A stretch of 64,000 nucleotides of DNA from Thermodesulfobacteriota bacterium (GCA_965215275.1 OZ244044.1:1664001-1728000), one strand, 5' to 3'. Positions 19,087 to 31,043 are shown, counted from the first letter of the stretch. Numbers and translations are program-made. The notes: generated by a model not told the origin, from the letters alone.

Positions 19087-21252
19087 TCAGGTGGATTTTT
19101 GAGGACTGGAAACGTTCTGATAAAAATCGCCGAGCTTGTTCTGCAGCTGATCAACGTGGTCTATGACGTCATGTATCTGATGATCGAGTTCTTCTGCCTC
19201 AAGGTCAATATCTTCGCATTTTTTCCATTCCAGTATGTGTCCCTTGATATGATCAAAAGAGTCGTACATCGTTTTAAGTTCTTCGGATATGCGAGATACG
19301 TTCATTGCTATTTCCTTTCTTTCTTTTTCTCCTGAGACATTTGCGATCCAGAACGAGGCGAATATGAACGCTACTACTATAATGGATTGGGGAATGAGCG
19401 TTTCTAACGTTGGATAAATACCCAGGATATCGATCCGTGGAACGTAATCCACAATGGTCGTTCCGATCATACCGGCACTCTGAAGTTCATAAATACCCTT
19501 GCCCACGAGTATGAAGCAAAGGAAATACAGCAGCAGGCTCGTTGCAGAAAAGAAGTATCGTATAGGTATACTGATCGCGAGTTTAAATATTAAAAATCCC
19601 AGGATACCCGTAACTGCGACCCCTGCTACAAAACCCCATATTACCGGAGAGATATTGTTTTCTGCCTGATATCCCAGTGCCTGATAGAACAGCACGGTTT
19701 CAAATGCCTCTCTGTAAACCGCGAAGAACGAGACCGTGACCAGTGCCATGATGCTCTTTTTGTTCAGTGCGGTTTCTATTTTTGTTTTTATGAACTCTTT
19801 CCATTTTTCCACTTCTATCTTGGATATAAGCCAGTAGCTTACGTAAAACAGCACGGCAGCGGCAATTAACGAGGTTATTCCTTCGATCAGTTCCCGGTTC
19901 AGTCCGGATATAGAGATTATAGTCCTTGCGACGTACCACGTTATCAATCCTGCAACTATGGCGGAGACCCAGCCGACGTGAATGTACCTTATTACCCTTC
20001 TCGATCCGGTGTTAACTAAAAATGCGATAATTGCAGCAATTATCAGTATTGCTTCAAGACCTTCTCTTAAAATAATAGAAAAGGAACTCGTGAACAGCAC
20101 GGCGGAATTAAAAGTGTTCTTATCGTACAGCAGGTCTGATGCCTTGTTCAGGTCTTTGGAAATATCGCTTGTAAGTCGTTCGACCTCGTCTGCGGGAGCA
20201 CCTTTTTTTACTTCTGATCTGAATCTTGCCATGTTCTGCTCGATCTTCGAAGCCAGCAAGCCGTCTGCCAGAAAGATATCAGCTTCAACCAGCTCGTATC
20301 CGTTCAGATAGGCATCAATTGAACTGTCAAGGGCTTTTTCGTGCTCATTGTTCTTATAGTGTTTCAGTGCCGATCGTAGTTCTGCGATGGCAAACTCAAT
20401 GTACTTGTTCTTATCATTGCTATTGTTCGGGTCGTTATCTGGATCAGAATTCCTTATTGCCATTATGGAGGCGTAGGAACTGTTGTCATCCCGGTTGAGG
20501 TTGAGCCTCTCACTGATCTGCTGATTTGTTAATGAAGATAGAGCTTTGTAATCTGAAAGTTCTTCAGGAACCCTGACCTTCGTTGTATCGTTAAGGATAT
20601 GGTCGGGAAAACCAGCCGACAGGACGTAAAATGCCACGTCCCATTTTTCTTTATCCGTAAGAGTAACGAAAGCCGGCATCGCGGTGTCTTTGATACCGAA
20701 GTTCAGCGTATTGTAAACCTTGAGAGGGGACAGGGTTAACGAAACGTCCAGGGATTGAAAATTGGTAGGTTCAGGTATTAAGTTCTCTGCAAGTATACCC
20801 CTGCCGTTACCTCTTTCACCATGACACGCCGTGCAGTGCCTGGCAAACAGGACGGAACCGTTACTTAAACTCGGCATTGATGAAGGGTTTCTTGTAATAT
20901 TAAAGCCGGATATCAGATCCTTTTTTATCTCATTGGTTATATCCTTTACTTCCTGAACGGACGCTCTGGCATTTATCTTGTTACTCAACCTTGTTATTTT
21001 CCGTATCAGATCATCACTGGTTATCTCCAGCGTGCTGGATATCGCGACCGCGGACTCGGAAAAATCGAGCATCTCGGTATATTCATTATCGTTTATTATC
21101 CTGCCTTTGCTGACCGCGAACTGATAATCTCCACCGATATAGTCGATCAGGGAAAAAAGTCTTTGAGGATCATTGCTGCCAAAGGCATTTGAAGATATGA
21201 AAATTATCGGTAAAATAAATATCAGGGAAAGAAAAACTGTTTTCTGTTTCAT
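19087..21252 (-). CDS. Cytochrome c / FTR1 family iron permease (PbrT-like); start re-called at 21252
   Basis: Signal peptide MKQKTVFLSL..., LIDYIGGDY, CTACH heme motif, and REGLE and REAFE motifs. Confidence 0.9.
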   Translation of the reverse strand: MKQKTVFLSLIFILPIIFISSNAFGSNDPQRLFSLIDYIGGDYQFAVSKGRIINDNEYTEMLDFSESAVAISSTLEITSDDLIRKITRLSNKINARASVQEVKDITNEIKKDLISGFNITRNPSSMPSLSNGSVLFARHCTACHGERGNGRGILAENLIPEPTNFQSLDVSLTLSPLKVYNTLNFGIKDTAMPAFVTLTDKEKWDVAFYVLSAGFPDHILNDTTKVRVPEELSDYKALSSLTNQQISERLNLNRDDNSSYASIMAIRNSDPDNDPNNSNDKNKYIEFAIAELRSALKHYKNNEHEKALDSSIDAYLNGYELVEADIFLADGLLASKIEQNMARFRSEVKKGAPADEVERLTSDISKDLNKASDLLYDKNTFNSAVLFTSSFSIILREGLEAILIIAAIIAFLVNTGSRRVIRYIHVGWVSAIVAGLITWYVARTIISISGLNRELIEGITSLIAAAVLFYVSYWLISKIEVEKWKEFIKTKIETALNKKSIMALVTVSFFAVYREAFETVLFYQALGYQAENNISPVIWGFVAGVAVTGILGFLIFKLAISIPIRYFFSATSLLLYFLCFILVGKGIYELQSAGMIGTTIVDYVPRIDILGIYPTLETLIPQSIIVVAFIFASFWIANVSGEKERKEIAMNVSRISEELKTMYDSFDHIKGHILEWKKCEDIDLEAEELDHQIHDVIDHVDQLQNKLGDFYQNVSSPQKST

Positions 21253-21492
21253 GTTGATCTGATCTTCTTCTGAACCATCCGGGCTTCTGAATTTTATAAA
21301 GACATCAAAGCTACCATTATAGACCCATTTTGTCAAGGATACTTTTTCTTTCCAGCTACCGTTCAGGCGGCACTCTTTTACAGGTCTTAAGAATAAAAAG
21401 CAGGTAACGCTCACGAGGGACCGCCTTTATTCATAGCCTCTTAACGTGTATCCTGTTATATCAGAAAGTCAGATTTCAGAAAGGATACAGGC

Positions 21493-23388
21493 GTGAAAAG
21501 AACAGTCGATCTATTTAAAGAGTTTTCCTCTGTAAGTTATGAGGAATGGAACGAGCAGGTCGCAAAAGACGTTGACCGGTCCGGCTACAGAAGACCGCTG
21601 GTCTGGAAAACGGACGAGGGTTTTGAGGTAGCTCCGTTCTATACCGCTGAAAACGTTAAAGACCTTTTGCACCTGACGGACACTCTGCCCGGGGAATATC
21701 CATTTGTCAGGGGAAACAGCGGCAGAGGAAATGACTGGGATATATGCGTGAAGATCGCCAGAAAGGATATTTCGGACTCCAACGTATCAGCCAGGCAGGC
21801 ACTGAAAAACGGAGCTGACTCTGTTACCTTTTCCGAGGTCTCCGTTGATTCTGCCGCTGAGATGTCCGGTCTGCTGAAAGGTATATCCCTTTGCGATACA
21901 AAACTTAACTTTGAGTCCGTACCAAGCGATCTGAAGGTGCTCGACCTGCTTTTACAGGAGGCAAAGAACAGGGACGTCGACCCTTCAGAGATATCAGGAA
22001 CTTTATACTTCAGTCCCTTGAACGAACTTCTGTCGGATGGCTTTCTGCCTTTTGACAGCGAAGAATGTTTTTCAAGGGCAAAAGAGCTTATAGTCTTTGC
22101 TGATCGTAATGCTCCGAATTACAAAACGTTAGCAGTTAAAGGTGACGGCTTTTCCGAGGCAGGGTCAAGCGTGGTTCAGGAAGTCGCGTTCTCTTTGCTG
22201 GCAGGATGCGAATATCTGGTAAAGCTAAGGGAAAAAGGACTGAGCGTAGACGCTGTCTCGGACAGGATGGTCTTTCAGTTCTCTGCCGGTTCAAGCTACT
22301 TTATGGAAACTGCGAAGTTAAGAGCTGCCAGGAATTTGTGGGCGAAGATCGTAAGCAGGTTCGAACCTGAACGTTATTCTTCCTGCAAAATGACCATTCA
22401 CTGTATAACTTCACTGCGAAATAAAACCCTTTACGACCCTTATGTGAACGTTTTAAGAGGCACGGTTGAATCAATGGCCGCGGTCATGGGAGGTTGCAGC
22501 TCGCTCTGTGTTCTTCCTTTTGATCACAGAAGCGGGTCCGAAGACGATGACCCCGTCAGGCTGGCACGTAATACGCAGCTGATATTAAAAGAAGAAGCAT
22601 ATTTACACGAAGTTACGGATCCCTGTGCCGGTTCTTACTACGTTGAAAAACTGACCGATCTTATATCTGCCGAGGCCCTCAGGCTTTTTCAAAGTGCTGA
22701 AAAGAACGGGGGATTTATACAGTGCGTAAACAGTTCGTACGTTCAGGACCGGATAATGGAGACCGGCAGTTCAAAGATGGATAAAATAAGCCTGGGAAAG
22801 CGGTGCATTGTGGGGATAACCCGATCTCCGAACCTTGAAGAAAAGATAATCGACCAGGTGGATACAGCGGACGAGGGCCTTTCCGGTGACGATCAGGATA
22901 ATGGTAACGGGGATGCAGGTCCCTGGAGGGTCAGGAAACTGGATAAGGTCAACTGGGCAAGTCTGTATGAAGACCTTAGGCTGAGGACGGAAAAGTTTGA
23001 AAGGCTAACGGGCAGGTCCGTCAGGGTGTTCTTGCTCAAGACGGGTGATCCCGTCTCCGGAAGTGCCAGAGCCGTGTTCTCTGCAAATTTCTTTGGTTGT
23101 GCGGGGTACAGCATAACGGAAGGTGCGGGGTCTGAAAGTATTGACGAGGGGGTAAGCGGTGCGGATATAGTGGTGCTGTGTAGCGGAGACAGGGATTATG
23201 CAGAGATCGGCACGGATATTGTGGGACGGATAAGGTCTGCCCACCCGGAAGCCATCGTCGTTGTTGCGGGGTATCCCGTAGATACTATAGATGAACTTAT
23301 AAAGTCCGGCGTTGATGATTTTGTTCACGTGGGTTCTGAACTGTATGAGACGCTCTCGAAATATCATAAGAAACTCGGAATAATGTGA
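21493..23388 (+). CDS. mutA: Methylmalonyl-CoA mutase small (beta) subunit
   Basis: [38 protein letters not shown] and [10 protein letters not shown]. The B12 domain lacks DxHxxG. Confidence 0.9.
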   Translation: MKRTVDLFKEFSSVSYEEWNEQVAKDVDRSGYRRPLVWKTDEGFEVAPFYTAENVKDLLHLTDTLPGEYPFVRGNSGRGNDWDICVKIARKDISDSNVSARQALKNGADSVTFSEVSVDSAAEMSGLLKGISLCDTKLNFESVPSDLKVLDLLLQEAKNRDVDPSEISGTLYFSPLNELLSDGFLPFDSEECFSRAKELIVFADRNAPNYKTLAVKGDGFSEAGSSVVQEVAFSLLAGCEYLVKLREKGLSVDAVSDRMVFQFSAGSSYFMETAKLRAARNLWAKIVSRFEPERYSSCKMTIHCITSLRNKTLYDPYVNVLRGTVESMAAVMGGCSSLCVLPFDHRSGSEDDDPVRLARNTQLILKEEAYLHEVTDPCAGSYYVEKLTDLISAEALRLFQSAEKNGGFIQCVNSSYVQDRIMETGSSKMDKISLGKRCIVGITRSPNLEEKIIDQVDTADEGLSGDDQDNGNGDAGPWRVRKLDKVNWASLYEDLRLRTEKFERLTGRSVRVFLLKTGDPVSGSARAVFSANFFGCAGYSITEGAGSESIDEGVSGADIVVLCSGDRDYAEIGTDIVGRIRSAHPEAIVVVAGYPVDTIDELIKSGVDDFVHVGSELYETLSKYHKKLGIM

Positions 23389-25550
23389 GACATTCCATGA
23401 GACATTCCATGAGACCTGATTTTTCAGATATTAACGTAAAGCCGCGGAACTTCCCGGAGGGTGCTGCTGACCTGTGTCCGACGGGTAATGAATGGCTGAC
23501 GGCGGAGGGGATCCCCTTAAAGCACGTTTACACAAAGGAGGACGTAAAGGATTTAAGGCACTTGGGCTATGGTGCTGGAGTACCTCCATATTTAAGAGGT
23601 CCATATTCCACGATGTACGTAACGAGGCCGTGGACCATCAGACAGTACGCGGGTTTTTCCACCGCTGAAGAGTCAAATGCGTTTTACAGACGCAACCTTG
23701 CTTCAGGACAGAAGGGGCTTTCCGTTGCCTTCGACCTTGCAACTCACAGAGGGTACGACTCTGATCACGAAAGGGTTTTCGGCGACGTTGGCAAGGCGGG
23801 AGTAGCCGTTGATTCGGTTGAAGATATGAAGATACTCTTTGATCAGATACCCCTTGACGAGATTTCCGTTTCGATGACCATGAACGGTGCCGTTCTTCCA
23901 GTTATGGCCTTTTATATCGTTGCTGCGGAAGAGCAGGGCGTGGTCCCTGATAAATTAAATGGAACTATTCAGAATGATATTCTCAAGGAGTTCATGGTCA
24001 GAAATACCTATATTTATCCCCCTGAATTCTCAATGAGGATAATAGCGGATATCTTTGAATACACCTCACGGCACGTGCCAAAGTTCAATTCGATCAGCGT
24101 CAGCGGATATCACATGCAGGAAGCCGGAGCAACTGCCGACGTTGAACTTGCCTATACGCTTGCAAATGGACTTGAATACGTGCGCACTGGCATTAACGCT
24201 GGTCTGAACGTGGATGATTTTGCTCCCAGGATCTCGTTCTTCTGGGGAATTGGGATGAACCATTTCATGGAGGTCGCTAAAATGAGGGCAGGCAGGATGC
24301 TCTGGGCAAAGATCGTTCGCAGGTTCGGTCCTGAAAATCCCAGGTCACTGGCACTGCGTGCACATTGCCAGACGTCCGGATGGAGCCTCACCGAACGCGA
24401 TCCTTTTAATAACGTCGTCAGGACCTGCGTGGAAGCCATGGCCGCCGTTCTTGGAGGTACTCAGTCTCTTCATACCAACGCACTTGATGAAGCTATTGCC
24501 CTGCCGACGGATTTTTCAGCCCGGATAGCAAGGAACACGCAGATATATATCCAGGAAGAAACCGACGTGTGCAGATCGGTTGATCCACTGGCAGGTTCCT
24601 ACTACGTTGAATATCTTACGGACCGGATAGCAAGAAAGGCATGGGAACTGATCGAGGAAGTTGAACAGCTCGGAGGGATCACAAAAGCGATCGAAGCAGG
24701 ACTTCCGAAAATGAGAATAGAGGAAGCCGCTGCCAGAAGGCAGGCAAGGATCGATTCGGGAAAGGATATAATAGTCGGGGTCAATAAATATGAGACCGGC
24801 CGGGACGTTAATATAGATATTTTAGAAGTGGACAACAGCGCGGTCAGGCAGGTTCAGATCGAGCGTATAAAGAGCATAAAGGAAAAGCGCAGTGACAAAG
24901 CCGTCAGAAGCTCACTTGACGGGATAACCCGGTGTGCGGGATCGGGTGAGGGAAATCTTCTTACCCTTGCCATTGAAGCCGCCAGGCACAGAGCTACCCT
25001 TGGAGAGATATCAGACGCCTGTGAAAAGGTGTGCGGGAGATATAAAGCGGTGATCAGATCGATTTCTGGTGTATATTCTTCTGAAATGGCAGAAGATAAT
25101 GACTTTAAAAAAGTAAGGATGCTTGCAGATGAGTTTGCAAGGGCTGATGGAAGAAGGCCCAGGATGATCGTTGTAAAGATGGGACAGGACGGCCACGACA
25201 GGGGAGCAAAGGTAATTGCGACCAGTTTTGCTGACCTCGGATTTGACGTTGACGTAGGCACTCTTTTTCAGACTCCGGCTGAAGCGGCAAAGCAGGCGGT
25301 GGAGAGCGACGTGCATATACTGGGTATCTCCAGTCTTGCGGGTGGACATAAGACGCTTGTTCCGAAACTTATGGATGAACTGAAGAAACTGAAACGTGAG
25401 GATATGGTAATTATCGTCGGAGGGGTAGTTCCCAGAAAGGACCACGGGTTTTTATACGAAGCAGGCGTGGACGAGATATTCGGTCCCGGGACCGTTATCC
25501 CTCACGCTGCGGAAAAAATACTGAAACTCCTTATAAAGAGATTATCGTAA
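23385..25550 (+). CDS. scpA: Methylmalonyl-CoA mutase large subunit (true start may be 23409)
   Basis: [17 protein letters not shown] and the [11 protein letters not shown]12-binding motif. Confidence 0.96.
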   Translation: MRHSMRHSMRPDFSDINVKPRNFPEGAADLCPTGNEWLTAEGIPLKHVYTKEDVKDLRHLGYGAGVPPYLRGPYSTMYVTRPWTIRQYAGFSTAEESNAFYRRNLASGQKGLSVAFDLATHRGYDSDHERVFGDVGKAGVAVDSVEDMKILFDQIPLDEISVSMTMNGAVLPVMAFYIVAAEEQGVVPDKLNGTIQNDILKEFMVRNTYIYPPEFSMRIIADIFEYTSRHVPKFNSISVSGYHMQEAGATADVELAYTLANGLEYVRTGINAGLNVDDFAPRISFFWGIGMNHFMEVAKMRAGRMLWAKIVRRFGPENPRSLALRAHCQTSGWSLTERDPFNNVVRTCVEAMAAVLGGTQSLHTNALDEAIALPTDFSARIARNTQIYIQEETDVCRSVDPLAGSYYVEYLTDRIARKAWELIEEVEQLGGITKAIEAGLPKMRIEEAAARRQARIDSGKDIIVGVNKYETGRDVNIDILEVDNSAVRQVQIERIKSIKEKRSDKAVRSSLDGITRCAGSGEGNLLTLAIEAARHRATLGEISDACEKVCGRYKAVIRSISGVYSSEMAEDNDFKKVRMLADEFARADGRRPRMIVVKMGQDGHDRGAKVIATSFADLGFDVDVGTLFQTPAEAAKQAVESDVHILGISSLAGGHKTLVPKLMDELKKLKREDMVIIVGGVVPRKDHGFLYEAGVDEIFGPGTVIPHAAEKILKLLIKRLS

Positions 25551-25580
25551 TTGTCGTCACAAGGTCTTGTGGCTTGATCA

Positions 25581-26591
25581 ATGGTGAAGGTCGCTAAAAA
25601 AGCAAGGAACTCGTTAAGCGTCGAGCAGTACACGGACGGAATAATGAATTCCGACGTTAAGGTCCTCAGCAAGGCCATAACCGTTGTGGAGAGCACTTTA
25701 AGGTCTGATGCTGATACTGCCCGTCAGGTCGTTGAAAAATGCCTTCCCAGGTCCGGGAACTCCATACGCATAGGTATATCAGGAGTTCCCGGGGTTGGAA
25801 AGAGCACGTTCATTGACGCGTTTGGCACCTACCTGACCGATCAGGTCGGCAGGAAGGTGGCGGTGCTTACCGTTGATCCCTCAAGTCAGATCACAAAGGG
25901 CAGTATACTTGGGGACAAGATCAGGATGACACGGCTTTCAAAGGATCCGAACGCATATATAAGAACCTCGCCGTCTTCGGGATTTCTGGGCGGCGTTGCG
26001 GCAAGAACGAGAGAGATCATCGTTTTATGCGAAGCCGCCGGGTTTGATACCGTGATCGTGGAGACCGTTGGAGTGGGACAGTCGGAAACGACCGTTCATC
26101 GTATCGTTGATTTTTTTCTGCTGTTACATCTTGCCGGAGCCGGTGATGAGATACAGGGTATAAAAAGAGGGATAATGGAGCTTGCCGACGCGGTCGTTGT
26201 AAACAAGTGCGACGGACCGGACGTGCAGAGGTCCAGACTGGCAAGAAAGCAGATCGAAGGTGCCTTGAGCCTCTTCCCGGTTGACGGTTCAGGATGGAAG
26301 CCTCGTGCACTGACCTGCTCCTCCCTTGATGGCACGGGTATTGATGAGGTGTGGAGCGTTATAAAAGAGAAGAACTCTCTTGCCATGAGATCAGGATATT
26401 TCGAAAGTAACAGACGGGATCAGGCGGTATACTGGATACATGAAACGGTGACGAGGATGCTGAAGGACAGCTTTTATGCCTGTGAAGAAATTCAGCGGTC
26501 CATCGATAGGATGAAAAAAGACGTTGCGGACGGAAAGATCAGTCCTTTTCACGCGGCGGAAAAGCTGATGGGATCATACAGGGTGGAGTAA
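25581..26591 (+). CDS. meaB: Methylmalonyl-CoA mutase-associated GTPase
   Basis: GVPGVGKST, DPSS, GSILGDK.RM, ETVGVGQSE and NKCD motifs. Confidence 0.95.
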   Translation: MVKVAKKARNSLSVEQYTDGIMNSDVKVLSKAITVVESTLRSDADTARQVVEKCLPRSGNSIRIGISGVPGVGKSTFIDAFGTYLTDQVGRKVAVLTVDPSSQITKGSILGDKIRMTRLSKDPNAYIRTSPSSGFLGGVAARTREIIVLCEAAGFDTVIVETVGVGQSETTVHRIVDFFLLLHLAGAGDEIQGIKRGIMELADAVVVNKCDGPDVQRSRLARKQIEGALSLFPVDGSGWKPRALTCSSLDGTGIDEVWSVIKEKNSLAMRSGYFESNRRDQAVYWIHETVTRMLKDSFYACEEIQRSIDRMKKDVADGKISPFHAAEKLMGSYRVE

Positions 26592-27104
26592 ATGGTGCAT
26601 TCATATGGTGCTGGTGCGGTGGACACTTCAGTAAATTACCGTATAGAAGAGCTGTCGGAGGAAAATATAAGCAGGGTCCTGGAGATCGAGAACGCTTCGT
26701 TCAGGTCCCCCTGGCATCGAGCTTTATTTGAAGCGGAACTGAAGAACAGAAGGTCCTACAATATAGCCTGTATAGATGAAAGCGATGAAAATCGTGACCT
26801 GATAGGATACTGTCTGTCGTGGCTTATCTACGATGAGATACACATTTTGAAAGTTGCAGTTGATGAAAAATTCAGAAATCAGGGTATCGGCAGTGAGATG
26901 ATCGTTAAAACCCTGGAGCATTTTATTCCCAGGGGAGCGACCCATGCAGTTCTGGAGGTCAGGCTGGATAACTATGGGGCAAGGAGCCTTTACGAAAAAC
27001 TGGGATTTGAAGACCTGAGGATAAGAAGGAACTATTACAGTGAGACGGGGGAAGACGCTTTGGTAATGGGGCTTGACCTGAACGGCTACAGAGGTGACCC
27101 GTAA
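26592..27104 (+). CDS. rimI: Ribosomal protein S18 alanine N-acetyltransferase
   Basis: IE..SF..PW, EIHI..VAV..FR.QGIG, LEVR..N and RRNYY...EDA motifs. Confidence 0.88.
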   Translation: MVHSYGAGAVDTSVNYRIEELSEENISRVLEIENASFRSPWHRALFEAELKNRRSYNIACIDESDENRDLIGYCLSWLIYDEIHILKVAVDEKFRNQGIGSEMIVKTLEHFIPRGATHAVLEVRLDNYGARSLYEKLGFEDLRIRRNYYSETGEDALVMGLDLNGYRGDP

Positions 27105-27237
27105 AAGGGAACAAAAGGGTCAGAGAGTTCAGTTTCACCCCCTCCCTTTTTTTGTCCGCAAGGGTCTTTATATTTGCATGGGTTAGCGTGTATCATATAT
27201 TAACGGACGACGGTCTTTACAGGGTGGTATCTCAGAT

Positions 27238-27468
27238 ATGTTTGGCGTTGGAACAGGCGAACTTATAGTAATAATCCTTATTGCGATCCTTATACTGGGA
27301 CCTAAGGAGATACCGAAAGTGGCTCGTACTATCGGCAGGGGAATGAGAGAGATCAGGCGGGTAAAGGATGACCTGACAAAAAATATAGAGTTTGAAGACG
27401 ATGCTCATTCTGAAAAGAAAGCGGAGAAGGTGAACGGACCGGCCAAGGATACCGACCTTGACGTTTAA
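27238..27468 (+). CDS. Twin-arginine translocase TatA/TatB family subunit
   Basis: MFGVGTGELIVI...LGPKEIP..ARTIGR. Confidence 0.88.
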   Translation: MFGVGTGELIVIILIAILILGPKEIPKVARTIGRGMREIRRVKDDLTKNIEFEDDAHSEKKAEKVNGPAKDTDLDV

Positions 27469-27552
27469 AGGCGTTTTTTTGGTCCATTCAGTCCTTGCCT
27501 TTGACTTTCAATAAGGTAAACTCACAGCGACTTTTAACAGGAGTACCGACTT

Positions 27553-29133
27553 TTGCCAAAGATCACGATAGATAATACAGAAATAGAGGTAGAAGGTGGT
27601 ATAAACGTTATTCAGGCTGCTTCAAAGATAGGCATAGAGATCCCGCATTTCTGCTATCATCCTTCCCTGAGCGTTGTGGCACAGTGCAGACAATGCCTCG
27701 TTGAAGTGGAAGGCGTTCCGAAGGTGCTGCCGGCCTGCAACATCATGGTGAGGGACGGGCTTGTCGTCAGAACGAATACCGAAAAGGCCGTTAAAGCGAG
27801 AGAGGCGACCCTGGAGTTCACACTGATAAACCACCCTCTTGACTGTCCTATCTGTGACAAAGGGGGTGAGTGTCCGCTGCAGCTTATCACTTTTGACCAT
27901 GGACCTGGATACAGCCGCGTCAGCGGTCCGGAAGAGAAGAAGGTACGCCAGAAGTATTACCTGAGCGACAGGATACTTTACGACCCCAATCGGTGCATAA
28001 TGTGCACCAGATGTATAAGGTTCACCGATGAGGTAACACGGACCTCGGAACTTGGGACGAGCGGAAGGGGATTTAGAAAAAAAATAGTTGTTTTTCCGGG
28101 AAGGGAACTTAATAACAAACTTGCCAGCAACGTTATAGACATCTGTCCCGTGGGTGCACTTCTGGATAAGGATACTCTTCATGAAGAAAGGGTATGGTAC
28201 TACAAGTTTACCGACAGCGTGTGCTCGCTCTGCAGTAACGGATGCAGTATTACAGTAGGTGCCGATGAGCGAAAGGGTAAAGTCTCAAGGATACGTCCCA
28301 GACCCAACCCGGACGTTAACGATTTCTGGATCTGTGATAAGGGAAGATACGGATTTAAAAAGGTTCAGGAAGACAAAAGATTAAGGGACCCCATTGTCAG
28401 AAATGGAAGCGGGTATGAAATAACGAGCTGGAAAACGGCTATAGACGTCATTTATGAGCGGCTTTGCGAGGCTGGAAAGTTCTCACATAAGAACACGGCG
28501 TTCATTGCCTCTCCGAAGTTAACGAACGAGGAGCTTTACCTTTTCCGTAAGATCTATGAAAAGGCAGATGCCGACCACATCGTATCCGGCGTCGGATTTG
28601 CGTCAGGGGCTAAGGAGTACGGCATAATAAGTTCAGATCCCTATCCTAATTCCTGCGGCGTCAGGCATCTGGGACTGCCCGTGAACCTGAGAGAAACAGT
28701 TCAGAAGATCATTGATAAAAAGATAGACGTACTGTTCATAGCAGGGGAGGACCTGCTTGGCCAGGTGGAAGAGCCGAACAGGTCTAAACTGAAAGAAGCA
28801 CTTGATGATATGGATTTTATCGCGGTCATGGACTATAAGTTGTCCGACACGGCACATTTTGCGGACGTGATAATTCCCGGTGCTACTCCCTACGAGAAAG
28901 ATGGAACGTTCATCAACGACGAGGGACGAGTGCAGAGGATCCAAAAGGCAATATCGCCCCCCGGGAACGCCAAGGCGGACTGGGAGGCTTTAAGTCTGAT
29001 AGGTAAGAGATTTGACGGTCTGGCCTTTAATTACGTTCATCCAAAGGACATAATGTCGGAGATCGCCGCCTGTACGCCGCCTTATAATGGCATCAGCTAT
29101 GAACGAATAGGTGTTTTAGGAGTAAAGACCTGA
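27553..29133 (+). CDS. nuoG: NADH-quinone oxidoreductase subunit G-like (short form)
   Basis: IPHFCYH, CRQCLVE, NHPLDCPICDKGGEC, CIMCTRC, CPVGAL and WICDKGR motifs. Confidence 0.88.
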   Translation: MPKITIDNTEIEVEGGINVIQAASKIGIEIPHFCYHPSLSVVAQCRQCLVEVEGVPKVLPACNIMVRDGLVVRTNTEKAVKAREATLEFTLINHPLDCPICDKGGECPLQLITFDHGPGYSRVSGPEEKKVRQKYYLSDRILYDPNRCIMCTRCIRFTDEVTRTSELGTSGRGFRKKIVVFPGRELNNKLASNVIDICPVGALLDKDTLHEERVWYYKFTDSVCSLCSNGCSITVGADERKGKVSRIRPRPNPDVNDFWICDKGRYGFKKVQEDKRLRDPIVRNGSGYEITSWKTAIDVIYERLCEAGKFSHKNTAFIASPKLTNEELYLFRKIYEKADADHIVSGVGFASGAKEYGIISSDPYPNSCGVRHLGLPVNLRETVQKIIDKKIDVLFIAGEDLLGQVEEPNRSKLKEALDDMDFIAVMDYKLSDTAHFADVIIPGATPYEKDGTFINDEGRVQRIQKAISPPGNAKADWEALSLIGKRFDGLAFNYVHPKDIMSEIAACTPPYNGISYERIGVLGVKT

Positions 29134-29152
29134 CCCCAGCTGAACTGATAAC

Positions 29153-30208
29153 TTGCAAATGACCGGAATTGAAACAGCTGTAGTATTGATAAAGATCGCC
29201 CTGGTTTTCTTTGTTGTCCTTACGGCGGTTGCGTACCTTACTTACGCGGAAAGACGGATAAGTGCAATTATTCAGGACAGGATCGGTCCGAACAGGGTCG
29301 GTCCGTTCGGTCTGCTCCAGCCCCTGGCCGATGGTATAAAGTTCATATTCAAGGAAGATATAGTCCCCGACAGCTCAAGCAGACTTCTTTACGTGGCCGC
29401 TCCGATGTTCGCACTTGTAACCGCTCTTGTTGCACTTGTGGTTATACCCATAGGGGAGGGGTTTGAGACGTCGCTCCTGGGCCTTGTTGACGAGCCCGTC
29501 AGGGTTGATCTTCACATCGCCGATATTAATGTGGGTTTGTTGTACGTTCTTGCAATAGGTTCTCTGGGTGTTTACGGCGTGGTTCTTGGGGGCTGGGCGT
29601 CGAACAGTAAATACTCCCTGCTCGGAGGTCTTAGAGGGGCTGCACAGATGATCAGCTATGAACTGGCGCTTGGACTGTCAATAATAGGCGTGATCGCGAT
29701 CGTGGGTTCATTAAGGCTCGGGGACGTGATAGAGGCACAGCAGGCCTACTGGTTTATCTTTCTCCAGCCCATAGGGTTTTTAGTTTTTATAATTGCTGCA
29801 TTTGCAGAGACCAACAGGCTTCCCTTTGACCTTCCCGAGGCAGAAACGGAGATAGTTGCCGGTTACCACACGGAATACAGCAGTATGAAATTTGCAATGT
29901 TCTTTATGGCCGAGTACACGCACATGATCGTTGCTTCCTGCATGATAACGGCGATCTTTCTTGGAGGCTGGTATCCTCTTCCCTTTGTGGGCTGGTTCGG
30001 GGTCGATACTGTCCAGCACTGGTACCTGCCGCCGCTCGTGTTCCTGGGCAAAGTCGTTTTTCTGCTCTTTCTTTTTATCTGGATAAGATGGACGTTACCG
30101 AGGTTCAGGTACGATCAGATAATGAAACTTGGATGGAAAGTACTGTTCCCTCTTGCGGTTCTCAATCTTGTTATCACAAGTATCCTGATACTCTCGGGGG
30201 TTCTGTAA
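29153..30208 (+). CDS. nuoH: NADH-quinone oxidoreductase subunit H
   Basis: QDRIGPNRVG, DGIKFIFKE, AQMISYE, ETNRLPFDLPEAE and LPRFRYDQ motifs. Confidence 0.96.
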   Translation: MQMTGIETAVVLIKIALVFFVVLTAVAYLTYAERRISAIIQDRIGPNRVGPFGLLQPLADGIKFIFKEDIVPDSSSRLLYVAAPMFALVTALVALVVIPIGEGFETSLLGLVDEPVRVDLHIADINVGLLYVLAIGSLGVYGVVLGGWASNSKYSLLGGLRGAAQMISYELALGLSIIGVIAIVGSLRLGDVIEAQQAYWFIFLQPIGFLVFIIAAFAETNRLPFDLPEAETEIVAGYHTEYSSMKFAMFFMAEYTHMIVASCMITAIFLGGWYPLPFVGWFGVDTVQHWYLPPLVFLGKVVFLLFLFIWIRWTLPRFRYDQIMKLGWKVLFPLAVLNLVITSILILSGVL

Positions 30209-30218
30209 AAACGGTCTG

Positions 30219-31043
30219 CTAAGGTCCTTCCTGGATGGTTTTGCCTTCTGCCTTTCTGTCAAATGCCTTTTGCATTCGGTCAAGAATATCCTTGGTCGTT
30301 CGAACAGGGTCGTCGGATTTGTAGATCGGTCTTCCGATAACCAGGTAGTCGGAACCGTTCTCAACTGCTTCCTCCGGGGTGGTTGTGCGTTTATGATCGT
30401 CAGGACTTTCATTTAATCTGATACCGGGAGATACAACTACAAACTCCTCGTCTTTTTTTCCTTCCAGGTCAGTTCCGATAGCTTTTTTTATCAAACCGGC
30501 ATGTTTTCCTGATGCTACTACGCCGTCCGATCCGTGATCGTACGCTTGCCTTGCTCTGCGGATAACGTGGTCCTTGATGGACCGGGAACCTTCAATGTTG
30601 TAAATATCCTTGAGATCTTTTTCATCAAGGCTCGTCAGCAGGGTAACGACGAGTATTCTGGGTTTTCGTCTGCCGTTCTTTCCTCGCAGTGCGGCCTCTA
30701 TAAGGGAAGAACTCCCGTGTATGGTGCAGAATCGGACGTTCTCTGTTTTGGACAGTGCCCGTATGTAAGATTCAACGGTGTTTCGAATGTCGTAAAACTT
30801 AAGATCAAAAAAGACGTCGATGTCCCGTTGTGCTAAAAAGCTTAAAAAATCCCTTACGTTCGGTTCCGTACGGGTTGAGATCTCAAGAAAGTGTAAGTAG
30901 TTTATCTTTACCACACGGACCAGATCACCGAGCTTTCTGACCAGCTCCCTGCTTTCTGACACCGGCATGTCAAGTGAAAGGATCAGGCGGTCCTGGGCAA
31001 GGGGCCTTATGGCCCGTCCGTCTTTTTGAGCGGTTTTTGTCAT
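30219..31043 (-). CDS. pyrF: Orotidine-5'-phosphate decarboxylase
   Basis: LILSLD, DLKFYDI.NTV, VTLLTS, SPGIR and LVIGRPI motifs. Confidence 0.92.
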   Translation of the reverse strand: MTKTAQKDGRAIRPLAQDRLILSLDMPVSESRELVRKLGDLVRVVKINYLHFLEISTRTEPNVRDFLSFLAQRDIDVFFDLKFYDIRNTVESYIRALSKTENVRFCTIHGSSSLIEAALRGKNGRRKPRILVVTLLTSLDEKDLKDIYNIEGSRSIKDHVIRRARQAYDHGSDGVVASGKHAGLIKKAIGTDLEGKKDEEFVVVSPGIRLNESPDDHKRTTTPEEAVENGSDYLVIGRPIYKSDDPVRTTKDILDRMQKAFDRKAEGKTIQEGP

